A program made the position numbers and the translations under genes. From Eledone cirrhosa (taxonomy: Eukaryota), in the NCBI GenBank assembly GCA_964016885.1, contig OZ024761.1, forward strand, positions 26,164,001 to 26,228,000: DNA of 64,000 nt, read 5' to 3'. The notes beneath the pieces were generated by a model. The model was not told the origin of the DNA, did not search any database, and saw only the letters and a program-made list of their open reading frames with translations. Shown one piece after another: positions 27,086 through 50,700 of this stretch. Every line of letters starts with the position of its first letter. Position 1 is the stretch's first letter.

Positions 27086-27215
27086 TAATGGAAACATTTG
27101 AACAGGGACAAAACAGAGAGGCAGTACAACGAATGTTTATTAATTTCACGCTCTGGAGAGTGGGTGTTGGTGGGGGACGACGTTTCGGGCATAAGCCCTT
27201 CCTCAGGTGAGAAGT
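27086..27215 (-). mobile_element. Penelope-like terminal fragment with minimal hammerhead (27174-27209)
   Basis: Minus strand: CAC-CTGAGGA-A-GGGC-ttat-GCCC-GAAA-CG-TC-GT, with AATAAA ~35 nt downstream. Both sides (TA)n. Confidence 0.75.
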
Positions 27216-27216
27216 G

Positions 27217-27290
<74 letters not shown>

Positions 27291-27449
27291 TTGCATGCTA
27301 ATTGGAAGAGGAAATGGTATATATGATATATAGCTCTGATTATTTAATTTATTAATTTTTCATTGAGCCCAACGTGACCTGTTACAAAACAAATATATAT
27401 CTATGACTTTATATATATATGTAAAACTTTATATGTAATAATCTTGATG

Positions 27450-33730
<6,281 letters not shown>

Positions 33731-33748
33731 TATATATATATATATATA

Positions 33749-33792
<44 letters not shown>

Positions 33793-34139
33793 CCTATCTT
33801 CTCGTAAATAATATTACAAAGTATTACAGATTATTATGAAGGTATGACATACACGTACATGTTCAAATCCCCCAAGCAAGTTTGACCCACGCGATACTTA
33901 GTTAATTCATATCTAACAAAAATAGAACATATATTGGCCTAAGAATATATAACAGTGTAATAATATTCACAATACATATTAAATATTCTCCTTTCATACA
34001 GACACCAATTCACATATAGGCAGATGCGTCGACGTTCTTGTAGATAAGTATTATCTAAGCGTCAAGGTTACATTTTCATTTGAACAAAACCACCCACGTC
34101 CGCCGGCAGCTTGGAAAGGTACGTATATATATATATATA

Positions 34140-34189
<50 letters not shown>

Positions 34190-34320
34190 ATATGTATATA
34201 TATTTTATATATATATAATATATATATATATATGTTATATGTATATAATATATATATATATATTTTATATATATATAATATATATATATATTATATATAT
34301 ATATATGCAAATGTGTATAT

Positions 34321-34361
<41 letters not shown>

Positions 34362-34723
34362 AATGTATATATATATATATACATACACATATGTGTGTGT
34401 ATGTATGTATGTATATATATATATTAATGTAAATGTATATACATATATGCAAATGTATATATGTATATACACATACATATATATGTGTGCGTATGTATGT
34501 ATATATATATATATGCAAATGTATATATATATATACATACACATATATGTGTGTGTATATATGTATGTATATGTATATATATATATGCAAATGTATATAT
34601 ATATACATACACATATATGTGTGTGTGTATATGTATGTATATATATATATATATATACATACACGTGTGTGTGTATATGTATATTTATATATATGCAAAT
34701 GTTTATATATACATACACATATT

Positions 34724-34754
<31 letters not shown>

Positions 34755-35194
34755 TCACATATATATACATGTATATATATATATATAAACATATATATAC
34801 ATTATATATATATAATTTTATATAGATATAATTTTATATATATATACTATATTATATATATATATGTATATAAATATATATATATATATAATTTGTCTTA
34901 AAACAACCAGCCGACCGTTATGTTATTTATTGTATGTACTTTGTCTATTCAACGAAATAAACTGTGAATCGCCATTTTGATAATCTCTCTAGCGTGTTCT
35001 GCAATATGACAGCACTGGGGAAAGTTATTAAAACTTTTAAAGATTTACTAAAATGAAAGCTAATAAAAAGACGACTTGAAGCGGTGGTGAAAATTAGTTT
35101 TGTTTCTCGAATTTTTATATGTAGCAGATCTTTCTTTCCAAGATATTTCATCGCCGCCATATTTATCATAAAATATTAGTATTTCTTTAATAAT

Positions 35195-35855
35195 GCTTTC
35201 TTATATAAGCACAAGGCCAGCAATTTTGCAGGAAGGGAAAGTCGATTAAATTGACCCCAATGCGTGACTGGTACTTTATTTTATCGACCCCGTAAGGATG
35301 AAAGGCAAAGTTAACCTCAGCGGGATTTGAAATCAGATCATAAAGTGTCGTAACTCTATGCTGCAAAGCATGGTAGCCGGCCCTCTACCGAGTATTTCTT
35401 TTAATAATGGTTTCTTATATAGGCACAAGGCCAGCAATTATAGGGGAGGCGAAAGTTCGTTAAATCGACCCCAGTGCCTGACTGGTACTTTATTTTATCG
35501 ACCCCGTAAGTATGAAAGACACAGTTAAACTCAGCGGGATTTGAACTCAGATCGTAAAGTGGCGTAACTCTGTGCTTGCAATGCATGGCGTTCGAATCTC
35601 GATCGATACTACCAATCCACCACGCTTATAATACATCGTCATTATTATCAGCAAAAACAGCAATAATGGCGTTTGATTGGCAGTATCGGTAGAGGGTCGG
35701 ACCCCATGCCTTCCAGCATAGAGTTACGTCCCTTTATGATCTGAGTTCAAAACCCCGCCGAGCTTAACTTTGCCTTTCAATCCTACGGGGACGATAAAAT
35801 AACAGTACCAGTAATACACTGGAGTAATTGCTGTCCCTGTGCCAAAGTAAAAACA
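35195..35855. mobile_element. Three SINE B copies: ~35195-35390 (-), ~35405-35622 (-), ~35667-35855 (+)
   Basis: Family B core in each. The first is flanked by the imperfect direct repeat AGTATTTCTTT(T)AATAAT, a likely TSD. Confidence 0.88.
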
Positions 35856-35985
35856 ATTATCATCATCATCATCATCATTATTCTCATCATGGTCTTCCTC
35901 TTGTAATTATATATATATATATATAAATTAATAAAAACAATGAAATAAACATAAAGAACAAGTTCCTTAGATTAAAAAAATATTA

Positions 35986-36092
35986 TTTTACGATCGTTTC
36001 TGGGATGTATGTCATATAGATCTTAACTAAAAATATTACAAATTATCTGAGGATATATACATACCTTCACATATACATGCTGTCTTCAGAAT
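35986..36092 (-). ncRNA. Hammerhead-like relic with long stem II insert
   Basis: Minus strand: ATT-CTGAAGA-cagcATGTAT...ATACATccca-GAAA-CGATCG-TA-AAAT. The base of stem II is mismatched. Confidence 0.5.
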
Positions 36093-36355
36093 TGAATATA
36101 TATATGTATATCTATATAAATATATATATTTGACTTATTTATTTTATTTTACATTACTCCGGAGTAACCAAACCAACCTGCGCACTTCGTCGTGTGTTCC
36201 AATCTGCATACTGAGGTGTTGCTATACAACCAACATATACTCAAAATTTATATATATATATATCGTCCCCTACTTTTGCTCTTTACTCTCTTTACTCTTT
36301 GTTCTTGAATGTTTGGTTGGTAGAGTCCATAACCACCAATCAAACCCCTTTTATA

Positions 36356-36407
36356 GCTCTGACGAATCCTACGGTTACGTAAGGAAGAAACATCGTGAGC
36401 CAATAAA
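36356..36407 (+). ncRNA. Minimal hammerhead-like motif with non-cleavable GUG triplet
   Basis: GCT-CTGACGA-A-TCCTACG-gtta-CGTAAGGA-A-GAAA-C-atc-G-TG-AGC, then AATAAA. Confidence 0.6.
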
Positions 36408-36455
36408 AATCTTTTGATGTTGTAGACGCTCTTGTGTTCTTTATCATATATATAT

Positions 36456-36507
<52 letters not shown>

Positions 36508-36629
36508 TGTGTGTGTATATCTGTGTGTGTATAGGTGTGTGTTTGTGTATGTATTTTTATACACAGTATTAATGAACATAACAACTCTGTTAGATACTTT
36601 AAATGGTGCATTAAGATTAACCTATATGT

Positions 36630-40320
<3,691 letters not shown>

Positions 40321-40420
40321 ATAGGCAAGCAGATGAAAATGTGGCCGTTTCTTATTTTAAGCTGATGTATGTCTCTTTTTGTACCCATACCATCGTTCAG
40401 ATTCTAGTAAGTATTAAGTT

Positions 40421-41175
40421 GTGGAGAGGCATGTCCTAGTGGCAAGGGTATTTGTCTTGTGATCATTTATATTATATAACATGGGTACGGATCTTTTTCT
40501 GTGTTGTGGGTTGTGTTCTTTAGCAAAACATTTCATTCCATGCTGCTCCATAATGCTCTACTGTTTAAGCGGAGGTTCTCAAACGTTTTGGGCCACCTCC
40601 CCCCTCACTGCCATGTAATACACTTAACGCCCCCAAACCCTGTTTCTAGAGAGGCCTGCCTACATTCAAATTTTAAATAATATAAAAATAAAATCGTTGA
40701 TTTATATATAATAACTAATATAATATATACTATGTATAAATTAGTATTATATATTTTTTTATTTTACTATAACATGTATCGTTTGATATGTAATATACTA
40801 TTATATCATATGTATCTATCCCTAAGACCCCAGCGCCTCCCTGGACCTTCTCAAGGTCCCCCCACCCCCAGGGCGTCGTAATGTCCAATTTGAGAACTGG
40901 TTTTAATTGAAGACGTGTATACGTATTGATAATCGTATCAGACTTATGATTATAATGACGTGGATTTGATTCCTGCTTTGGGTTGTTTGTTGTGTTGTTG
41001 ATCAAAACACTTCATTTTACGTTGCTCCAGTATCCTCAGCTGGGTATGAGTACCAGAAATAGCAGGGACGGGGCTTGACTTGCGGTGGACTGGCGCCCTA
41101 TCCAGGGGGTAAAATCCACGCCACTGAAAGCCGCGATAATCACCAGCCTGATGAACCTCCGGGCTCGAACCTGAT
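40421..41175 (+). mobile_element. Two decayed SINE A copies (~40421-40560, ~40930-41175) flanking a hAT-like MITE (~40570-40900)
   Basis: TTGTGTTCTTTAGCAAAACATTT and TTGTGTTGTTGATCAAAACACTT cores. MITE ends GGTTCTCAAA / TTTGAGAAC. Confidence 0.65.
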
Positions 41176-41569
41176 GAGGGTATTAATATGCATACTTAAT
41201 ATAATTAACACAAAGGTTTCAATTAATGAGATTTACGTCTACACTCAGGTGAGTGAAAGGTAGACGTAATTACCTTAATTACTAATGTTAATAACATCTG
41301 GTCGAAGGCAAAAGAATAAGACAATTCTGAAAATGCGTAATTAATTGAAAATTTTAATTAAGGCACGCACAGAAGAGATTATAATATTTCGCTTGAGGAT
41401 TAATATCATTTTAATCTCATGTTTTCCAAGCTGGTTCCCTGAGTCTGCTTTTCAAATGTTGGAATTTGCTTTGATTGCAATGTGCTACATGCGATATACA
41501 CATAACTCAACACTTGCAAACATTGAAGACTTAACAGGGGAACAAAAAAAAAAATGTGGCAGATACTAT

Positions 41570-42380
41570 TTTTATTATTGGTGTTACTGTTGTTGTTTTT
41601 GTTGTTATTGGCGTTGTTGTTGTTTGTGTTGTTGGTGGTGTTGGTGGTGTTGTTGTTGTTGTTGTTGGTGTTGGTGGAGATGTTGTTGTTGTTTTTGTTG
41701 TTATTGGTGTTGTTGTTTTTGTTGTTATTGGTGTTGTTGCTGTTGTGAGTGTTGTTGGTGGTGGTGGTGTTGTTGTTATTGGTGTTGCTGTTGTTGGTGT
41801 TGGTGGCGGTGGTGTTGTTGTTGTTTTGTTGGTGGTGGTGTTGTTGTTGTTTTTGTTGTTATTGGTGTTGTTGTTGTTGGTTTGTTGGCGGTGGTGTTGT
41901 TGTTATTGCTGTTGTTATTGTTGTTGTTGGTGGTGATGTTGTTGTTGTTGTTGTTATTGGTGTTGTTGTTGTTGTTGGTGCTGGTGTTGTTGTTATTGTT
42001 GTTGTTGGTGGTGTTGTTGTTTTTATTGTTGTTGTTGGTGGTGCTGTTGTTGTTGTGTTTCTGGTTATTGATGTTGTTGTTGTTTGTATTGTTGTTTTTA
42101 TTGCTGGCGGTGGTGGTGTTAGTGTTGTTGTTTTTGTTGCTGGTGGTGTTGTTGTTATTGTCGTTGTTGGTATTGTTGCTACTGTTGTTGTTTTTGTTGT
42201 TGGTGGTGTTGTTATTTTTGTAGTTGGTGTTGTTATTGTTGTTGTTTTTGTTGTCTTCGTTGTTGTTGGTGTTGTTACTATTGTTGTTGTTGTTTTTGTT
42301 GTCTTTGTTGTTGTTGGTGTTGTTATTACTATTGTTGTTGTCTTTGTTGTTGGTGGTGTTGTTATTATTGTCGTTGTTTT
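41570..42380 (+). repeat. (GTT/GGT/ATT)n trinucleotide array
   Basis: Directly visible. Confidence 0.95.
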
Positions 42381-42387
42381 ATCTCAG

Positions 42388-42446
42388 GTCTGCCCAGGTC
42401 AACGTGACCTATAGGATCAGTGCTGTTCCAATTGTGAACATTCCCG
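42388..42446 (+). CDS. Candidate internal exon (phase 2 to 1), unknown product
   Basis: ttttatctcAG acceptor, only open frame SAQVNVTYRISAVPIVNIP, weak donor GTTTAA. Confidence 0.18.
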
Positions 42447-43064
42447 GTTTAATTTCTGATCCATTGAACATATATGCTTGGAATTATCCAGCGTGTCTGT
42501 GTGTGTGTTCTGTGTGTGTGTTTCTGTGTGTACATGTGTATTTCTGCGCGCGCGCGTGTGTGTGTGTGTGTGTGTCTTTCTGTGTGGGAATGTCTTTCTG
42601 TATGTGAATGCGGGGATGTGTCTTTCTGTGTGTGTTTGTGTGTGTGCGTCTTTCTGTGTGTACATGTGTATTTCTGCGTGTGTGTGTGTCATCTACGTGT
42701 GTGTGTGTGTCTTTCTATGTGTGCATGTCTTTCTGTATGTGCGCGTATGTCTTTCTGTGTCGGTGTGTATGTGTCTACCTTTCTATGTGTGTGTGTGTGT
42801 GTCTTTTTATGTGTGTGCGTGTGTATATGCCTGAGTGTGTATATCTGTGTGTGTGTTTGTGTCTTTTTTATGTGTGTGCGTGTGTATATGTATGAGTGTG
42901 TATATCTCTGTGTGGGTATGTGTGTATGAGTGTGCATGTCTGTGTATATATTAGTGTGTATGTCTGTGTATGAGTGTGTATGCCTGTGTATTCCGGATTG
43001 TGTAAGACTGTGTATGTGTCTGCGTGTGTATCTTTCTATGTGTGTGTGTCACATTATATTCAAC

Positions 43065-43430
43065 AGGGGCGATAACGGTAATTCTCTCTGAAGAAGGGGC
43101 AGCCTACGCCAGATTATAACAGGACCTAGAAACGCCGTATGTCAAGATGGCGCCTTTATGAATCCCTCTGGATTTACAGGACCATGGTTTCAACGTTGCT
43201 GACGATGGCAGAATTGAAACACCAAGGAAATTAACAAACAGGAAGATCTACGAGGGATCACAGTATATAGAAGAGGTGCGATACCAGTAATTTTATCTGG
43301 AAAAGGGATTAGCTCCGGCAGAGATTTTTTTTTAAATCCCTTGAAACGCCATATGACAATATGGCGTCCATAAGAATCCTTCAGAAGTTACAGGATTATG
43401 CATGTATTGTATGTTGGTGATGGCGAATAA
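43065..43430 (+). mobile_element. Penelope-like relic with diverged ~55-bp direct repeat and hammerhead-like motif
   Basis: CTGAAGA-AGG...CCT-A-GAAA-CGCCG-TA at ~43088-43139. 43124-43180 is repeated at 43339-43395. Confidence 0.5.
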
Positions 43431-43569
43431 AATGTAAATATATATACACATATACACACGCAGACATACACACACACACACACACACATACATACATATA
43501 CATATATATATACATATATATATATACATATATATACATATATATATATATATGTATACATATATATAT

Positions 43570-43622
<53 letters not shown>

Positions 43623-43955
43623 TATACATATATATATACATATATGTACATATATATATATATACATATATATATACATATATATATACATATATATATA
43701 ACATATATATACATATATATATATACATATATATATAACATATATATACATATATATATATACATATATATATACATATATATACATATATATATATACA
43801 TATATATACATATATATATATATACATATATATATACATATATATACATATATATATATACATATATATACATATATATATATACACATATATATATATA
43901 TATATACATATATATATACATATATAAATACATATATATACATATATATATTTAC

Positions 43956-43992
<37 letters not shown>

Positions 43993-44500
43993 GATGACAG
44001 TTTAACGTGAAATCGCCTTATCTGTAAGAGGCGCTATAACGCTAATTCTTGTCGACTCTTTCAACGTATGTTAACGCCATTATTAATACGAGATGACAAC
44101 ATCGAAGTCAAAATATAGATCAATAGAAATGATTAAATAATGTTGTTAATCTGATAATTCTATTTAATTATTTCAAATACACGTGTATTCTCACATTTGA
44201 TCTCACCGATATTCTGGAAAGCTGCCAGCAAAACCTAATTGCTGCAACTTAAGCTTATTTCAGGAATTTCGGAGAAGAGCACTTTCATACAATGGACATA
44301 CTTTTAGATTTGTTGGATCTCCGTCGGTTTCGAATATGAGTGTTTTTACTTTTTGAAACACCAAAGCAGTACCACTGTATTCTCGTGAAATTAATGTAAA
44401 TGTACTTAAATACATACAGACAGAGAGGCAGAAATACAGATACACCCATAGACACATACACAAATATAAATGTACGCATACAAACATTCATAAATGCAGT

Positions 44501-44783
44501 GGAGGCACGTGTCTTAGTGGTAAGGGTGTTGGACTTACGATCATAATGCCGTGGGTTCGATTCCTAGGTTGCGTGTTGTGTTCTTGAGCAAAACACTAAA
44601 TTTCACGTTGCTCCAGTATACTCGGCTGAAAATGAGTACCAGCAATAGCTGGGGGTTTAGCCCTGCGATGGACTGGCGTCCTGTCCAGAGGGAGTCTTGT
44701 ACTCTATGTCGCTTCACGCCATTAAACCAGGATAAGCACCGGCCAAATGAGCCTTGTGGCTTAAGACAGACTTTAGACTTAGA
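44501..44783 (+). mobile_element. SINE family A, full length
   Basis: Closely similar to 1905-2190. Confidence 0.9.
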
Positions 44784-44832
44784 TTTATACATGTGAACAT
44801 ATATATAAATATATATGTACATATTTTTTTTA

Positions 44833-44877
<45 letters not shown>

Positions 44878-45181
44878 AACGTTAACCATGTTCTCACTTG
44901 CTACAAACGCGTCTGAAAAACAGTCCTTTTCTTTGAGGTGTGACTTTACAAGTTGATTGGCCTCACAAGGATGGTGCTTTTCTATAATGCTTAACTGTTG
45001 CATATGGATCAGCGAAACGGCGCAGTCGGGACTTTGAAGAAAAAGTAGGTATATGTTTGTCTTTTATTTCCTATTCTTTTGTAATTTGATATATATATAT
45101 ATACATGTGTGTGTCTGTGTGCCTGAACTATACACACACCAGACATCACAAACACACAGAGACACACAGACACACACACAG

Positions 45182-45264
<83 letters not shown>

Positions 45265-45996
45265 TAGAGAGAGAAACGGATGACTAGACAGTGAATATAT
45301 TCATCTGTGGAATAGCCATCCTCGTACACATTCATTTCACAAGTTGATGATGGTTATATTGATAGAACAAAACAGAACATTGATCATCGGAATCTATCGA
45401 AGACGCATTCTTATTCATAAAGCAACACAGACATGGAAGCCGAAATAACAATAAAAATTTAGATTGAACAAATTCCCTTTTGCACACCGACTTTAAGGAG
45501 CCATGGAGGCTTGGAGCCTTGTGGTCGAAAACGTTAAATTTTCAGTTGCTTCCTTTTGTTTTATTCATTTTCATTTTTCTTTAATTTGATTTTAATACTA
45601 AACCTCTGAAACGTCCAGAGCGGAAACTATTCAATGATTGCTTCCAAGCAGAACATATTATTCCAAATTTATCGCAGTGTTTTATAGAGTCTATAATGTA
45701 TAGTAGTCTAATGTAATTTGTATTGGATTGCAGCATAACAATATTTCTGTATAGACAAAAGGAATATCGTTTTATGTAATACAGACCAGCGTCACGATGA
45801 TCTTAAATATGGCTTTTCCAATACAGTGGATTTGATTTTAATCTATCTATCTGTATATCTATCTATCTATTTATCTATCTAGCTATCTATTTATCTATCT
45901 AGCTATCTATTTTGTAAAATCCCCGGCATGTCTTTGTATTGTCCCCTTTCTTGTTGCGCCCTTGTGGCTAATAAAGAAATCTATCTAGCTATGTGT

Positions 45997-46043
<47 letters not shown>

Positions 46044-46719
46044 CCTGTCTATCAATCTATATCTATATCTATTTGTCTATCTGCCTATCTACCTTCCTAC
46101 ATATCTCTATATCTCTCTCTATATATATCTCTCTCTATCTCTCTCTCACACACACACACACATATATATATATACCTATATAACAATGTAACAATGTATA
46201 TACTTACATACACACATAACTACATATATACATAGACGCATACATACATGCATACATGCATGTATACATAAATACATACATAGCTACGTATATACTTCCA
46301 TACATACATACATACATACGTACATACATACATACATACATACATACATACATACATACATACATACATACATACAAAGATACTGACATACGTACATACA
46401 AACATACAAGCATACGTACATACATATATACCTACATACATGTATATATTACATGTCTCCCAATCGGATAAATTTTTCAAAGGCATTTCTCATTTGTGAT
46501 ATCAAAAAAAGAATTGTTCTCTTAAAGCATTGTTGCGTTGCGAGAAGAAATAAATCAGAGGCAGAAGGGATTCTGATTCCCTTTATATGTTTAAAATATA
46601 GGTTTATAGATCGAGGTCTCAGTGTACTTATTTTGCCATTGGCTCACTTGTGCCTAGCTGAAAGAAAGTACGTCTAAATACACTACAATGTGCTCTTCCG
46701 CCCTCTAAATATATTCTTT

Positions 46720-47075
46720 TGTTGTCTTGTTGCTGTTGGCCTTGTTGTCGTTGTTGTTAGTTGGCCTTGTTGTCGTTGTTGTTGTTGTTGGCTTTGTTGC
46801 CGTTGTTGTTAGTTAGCCTTGTTGTCTTTGTTGTTGTTGTTGGCCTTGTTGTCGTTGTTGGCCTTGTTGTCGTTGTTGTTGTTGGCCTTGTTGTCGTCGT
46901 TGTTGTTGTTGGCCTTGTTGTTGTTGTTGGCTTTGTTGTCGTTGTTGTTAGTTGGCCTTGTTGTCGTTGCTGTTGTTGTTGGCCTTGTTGTTGTTGTTGT
47001 TGTTAGTTGGCCTTGTTGTTGGCCTTGTTGTCGTTGTTGTTAGTTGGTCTTGGTGTTGGTGGTTGTGTTGTTGTT
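46720..47075 (+). repeat. (GTT)n array punctuated by GGCCTT
   Basis: Directly visible. Confidence 0.9.
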
Positions 47076-47211
47076 TTTGAATATAGTAAAGTGGAATCGA
47101 ACAAAAATAAAGATCAAAGACTCACTTCAGATAGAAATTAAAATCACACACACACCGACACACACATATATATATATATACATATACATGCATATACGTA
47201 TGTTTATATAC

Positions 47212-47274
<63 letters not shown>

Positions 47275-47533
47275 TATATATACATATATATATATGCATA
47301 TATATACATGTACATACACACATACACACTCTCACACACACAGATATATAGATATGGATGTATTCATACATACACGAGTAGATATGTATGATTATATATA
47401 TATATATATAATATATATATATATGCATATATATACATATATATATATACATGTGCATACACGCATACGCACTCACACACACATATATAGATATAGATAT
47501 ATATTCATACATATACGTGCACATATGTATGAT

Positions 47534-47568
<35 letters not shown>

Positions 47569-47626
47569 TATATATATACATATATATATTATATATATAT
47601 ATAAATATATAATATATATTATATTT

Positions 47627-47679
<53 letters not shown>

Positions 47680-47754
47680 TTCCTCATCCTCAATCATCGA
47701 CCCCACTTTAATCATCATCATCACTATGTTCAAAGTGCAACTCGATGTTGTCAC

Positions 47755-50700
47755 CATCACCTCCACCTTTCCCTACCGCCATCATTACAATCTTCACTCA
47801 AACCATCACTCTGAACATCACCATCACGATCACCATCACCATCACCTTCACCATCACCATCACCTTCACCATCACCATCACCTCCACCTTTCCCTACCGC
47901 CACCATTACAATCTTCACTCAAACCATCACTCTGAACATCACCATCACGATCACCATCACCATCACCTTCACCATCACCATCACCTTCACCATCACCATC
48001 ACCCCCACCTTTCCCTACAGCCATCATTACAATCTTCACTCAAACCATCACTCTGAACATCACCATCACGATCACCATCACCATCACCTTCACCATCACC
48101 ATCACCTCCACCTTTCCCTACCGCCATCATTACAATCTTCACTCAAACCATCACTCTCACCATCACCATCACCATCACCTTCACCATCACCATCACCTCC
48201 ACCTTTCCCTACCGCCATCATTACAATCTTCACTCAAACCATCACTCTGAACATCACCATCACTCTCACCATCACCATCACCTTCACCATCACCATCACC
48301 TCCACCTTTCCCTACAGCCATCATTATGATCTTCACTCAAACCATCACTCTAAACATCACCATCACTCTCACCATCACCATCACCTTCACCATCACCATC
48401 ACCTCCACCTTTCCCTACAGCCATCATTATGATCTTCACTCAAACCATCACTCTAAACATCACCATTACTCTCACCATCACCATCACCTTCACCATCACC
48501 ATCACCTCCACCTTTCCCTACAGCCATCATTACAATCTTCACTCAAACCATCACTCTGAACATCACCATCACTCTCACCATCACCATCACCTTCACCATC
48601 ACCATCACCTCCACCTTTCCCTACAGCCATCATTATGATCTTCACTCAAACCATCACTCTGAACATCACCATTACTCTCACCATCACCATCACCTTCACC
48701 ATCACCATCACCTCCACCTTTCCCTACCGCCATCATTACAATCTTCACTCAAACCATCACTCTCAACATCACCATCACCATCACCTTCACCATCACCATC
48801 ACCTCCACCTTTCCCTACAGCCATCATTACAATCTTCACTCAAACCATCACTCTGAACATCACCATTACTCTCACCATCACCATCACCTTCACCATCACC
48901 ATCACCTCCACCTTTCCCTACAGCCATCATTATGATCTTCACTCAAACCATCACTCTAAACATCACCATTACTCTCACCATCACCATCACCTTCACCATC
49001 ACCATCACCTCCACCTTTCCCTACCGCCATCATTACAATCTTCACTCAAACCATCACTCTGAACATCACCATTACTCTCACCATCACCATCACCTCACCA
49101 TCACCATCACCTCCACCTTTCCCTACCGCCATCATTACAATCTTCACTCAAACCATCACTCTCAACATCACCATTACTCTCACCATCACCATCACCATCA
49201 CCTTCGCCATCACCAACACCTCCACCTTTCCCTACCGCCATCATTACAATCTTCACTCAAACCATCACTCTGAACATCACCATCACTCTCACCATCACCA
49301 TCACCTTCACCATCACCATCACCTCCACCTTTCCCTACCGCCATCATTACAATCTTCACTCAAACCATCACTCTGAACATCACCATTACTCTCACCATCA
49401 CCATCACCTTCACCATCACCATCACCTCCACCTTTCCCTACGCCATCATTACAATCTTCACTCAAACCATCACTCTCAACATCACCATTACTCTCACCAT
49501 CACCATCACCATCACCTTCGCCATCACCAACACCTCCACCTTTCCCTACCGCCATCATTACAATCTTCACTCAAACCATCACTCTGAACATCACCATCAC
49601 TCTCACCATCACCATCACCTTCACCATCACCAACACCTCCACCTTTCCCTACCGCCATCATTACAATCTTCACTCAAACCATCACTCTGAACATCACCAT
49701 TACTCTCACCATCACCATCACCTTCACCATCACCATCACCTCCACCTTTCCCTACCGCCATCATTACAATCTTCACTCAAACCATCACTCTCAACATCAC
49801 CATTACTCTCACCATCACCATCACCATCACCTTCGCCATCACCAACACCTCCACCTTTCCCTACCGCCATCATTACAATCTTCACTCAAACCATCACTCT
49901 GAACATCACCATCACTCTCACCATCACCATCACCTTCACCATCACCATCACCTCCACCTTTCCCTACAGCCATCATTACAATCTTCACTCAAACCATCAC
50001 TCTCAACATCACCATCACTCTCACCATCACCATCACCTTCACCATCACCATCACCTCCACCTTTCCCTACAGCCATCATTATGATCTTCACTCAAACCCT
50101 CACTCTGAACATCACCATCACGATCACCATCACCATCACCTTCACCATCACCATCACCTCCACCTTTCCCTACCGCCATCATTACAATCTTCACTCAAAC
50201 CATCACTCTGAACATCACCATTACTCTCACCATCACCATCACCTTCACCATCACCATCACCTCCACCTTTCCCTACCGCCATCATTACAATCTTCACTCA
50301 AACCATCACTCTCAACATCACCATTACTCTCACCATCACCATCACCATCACCTTCGCCATCACCAACACCTCCACCTTTCCCTACCGCCATCATTACAAT
50401 CTTCACTCAAACCATCACTCTGAACTTCACCATCACTCTCACCATCACCATCACCTTCACCATCACCATCACCTCCACCTTTCCCTACAGCCATCATTAC
50501 AATCTTCACTCAAACCATCACTCTGAACATCACCATCACGATCACCATCACCATCACCTTCACCATCACCATCACCTCCACCTTTCCCTACAGCCATCAT
50601 TATGATCTTCACTCAAACCCTCACTCTGAACATCACCATCACGATCACCATCACCATCACCTTCACCATCACCATCACCTCCACCTTTCCCTACCGCCAT

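Noticed and set aside
41431-41540. Possible exon on either strand
   Set aside because: Acceptor-like sites exist but there is no convincing donor and no recognisable peptide.
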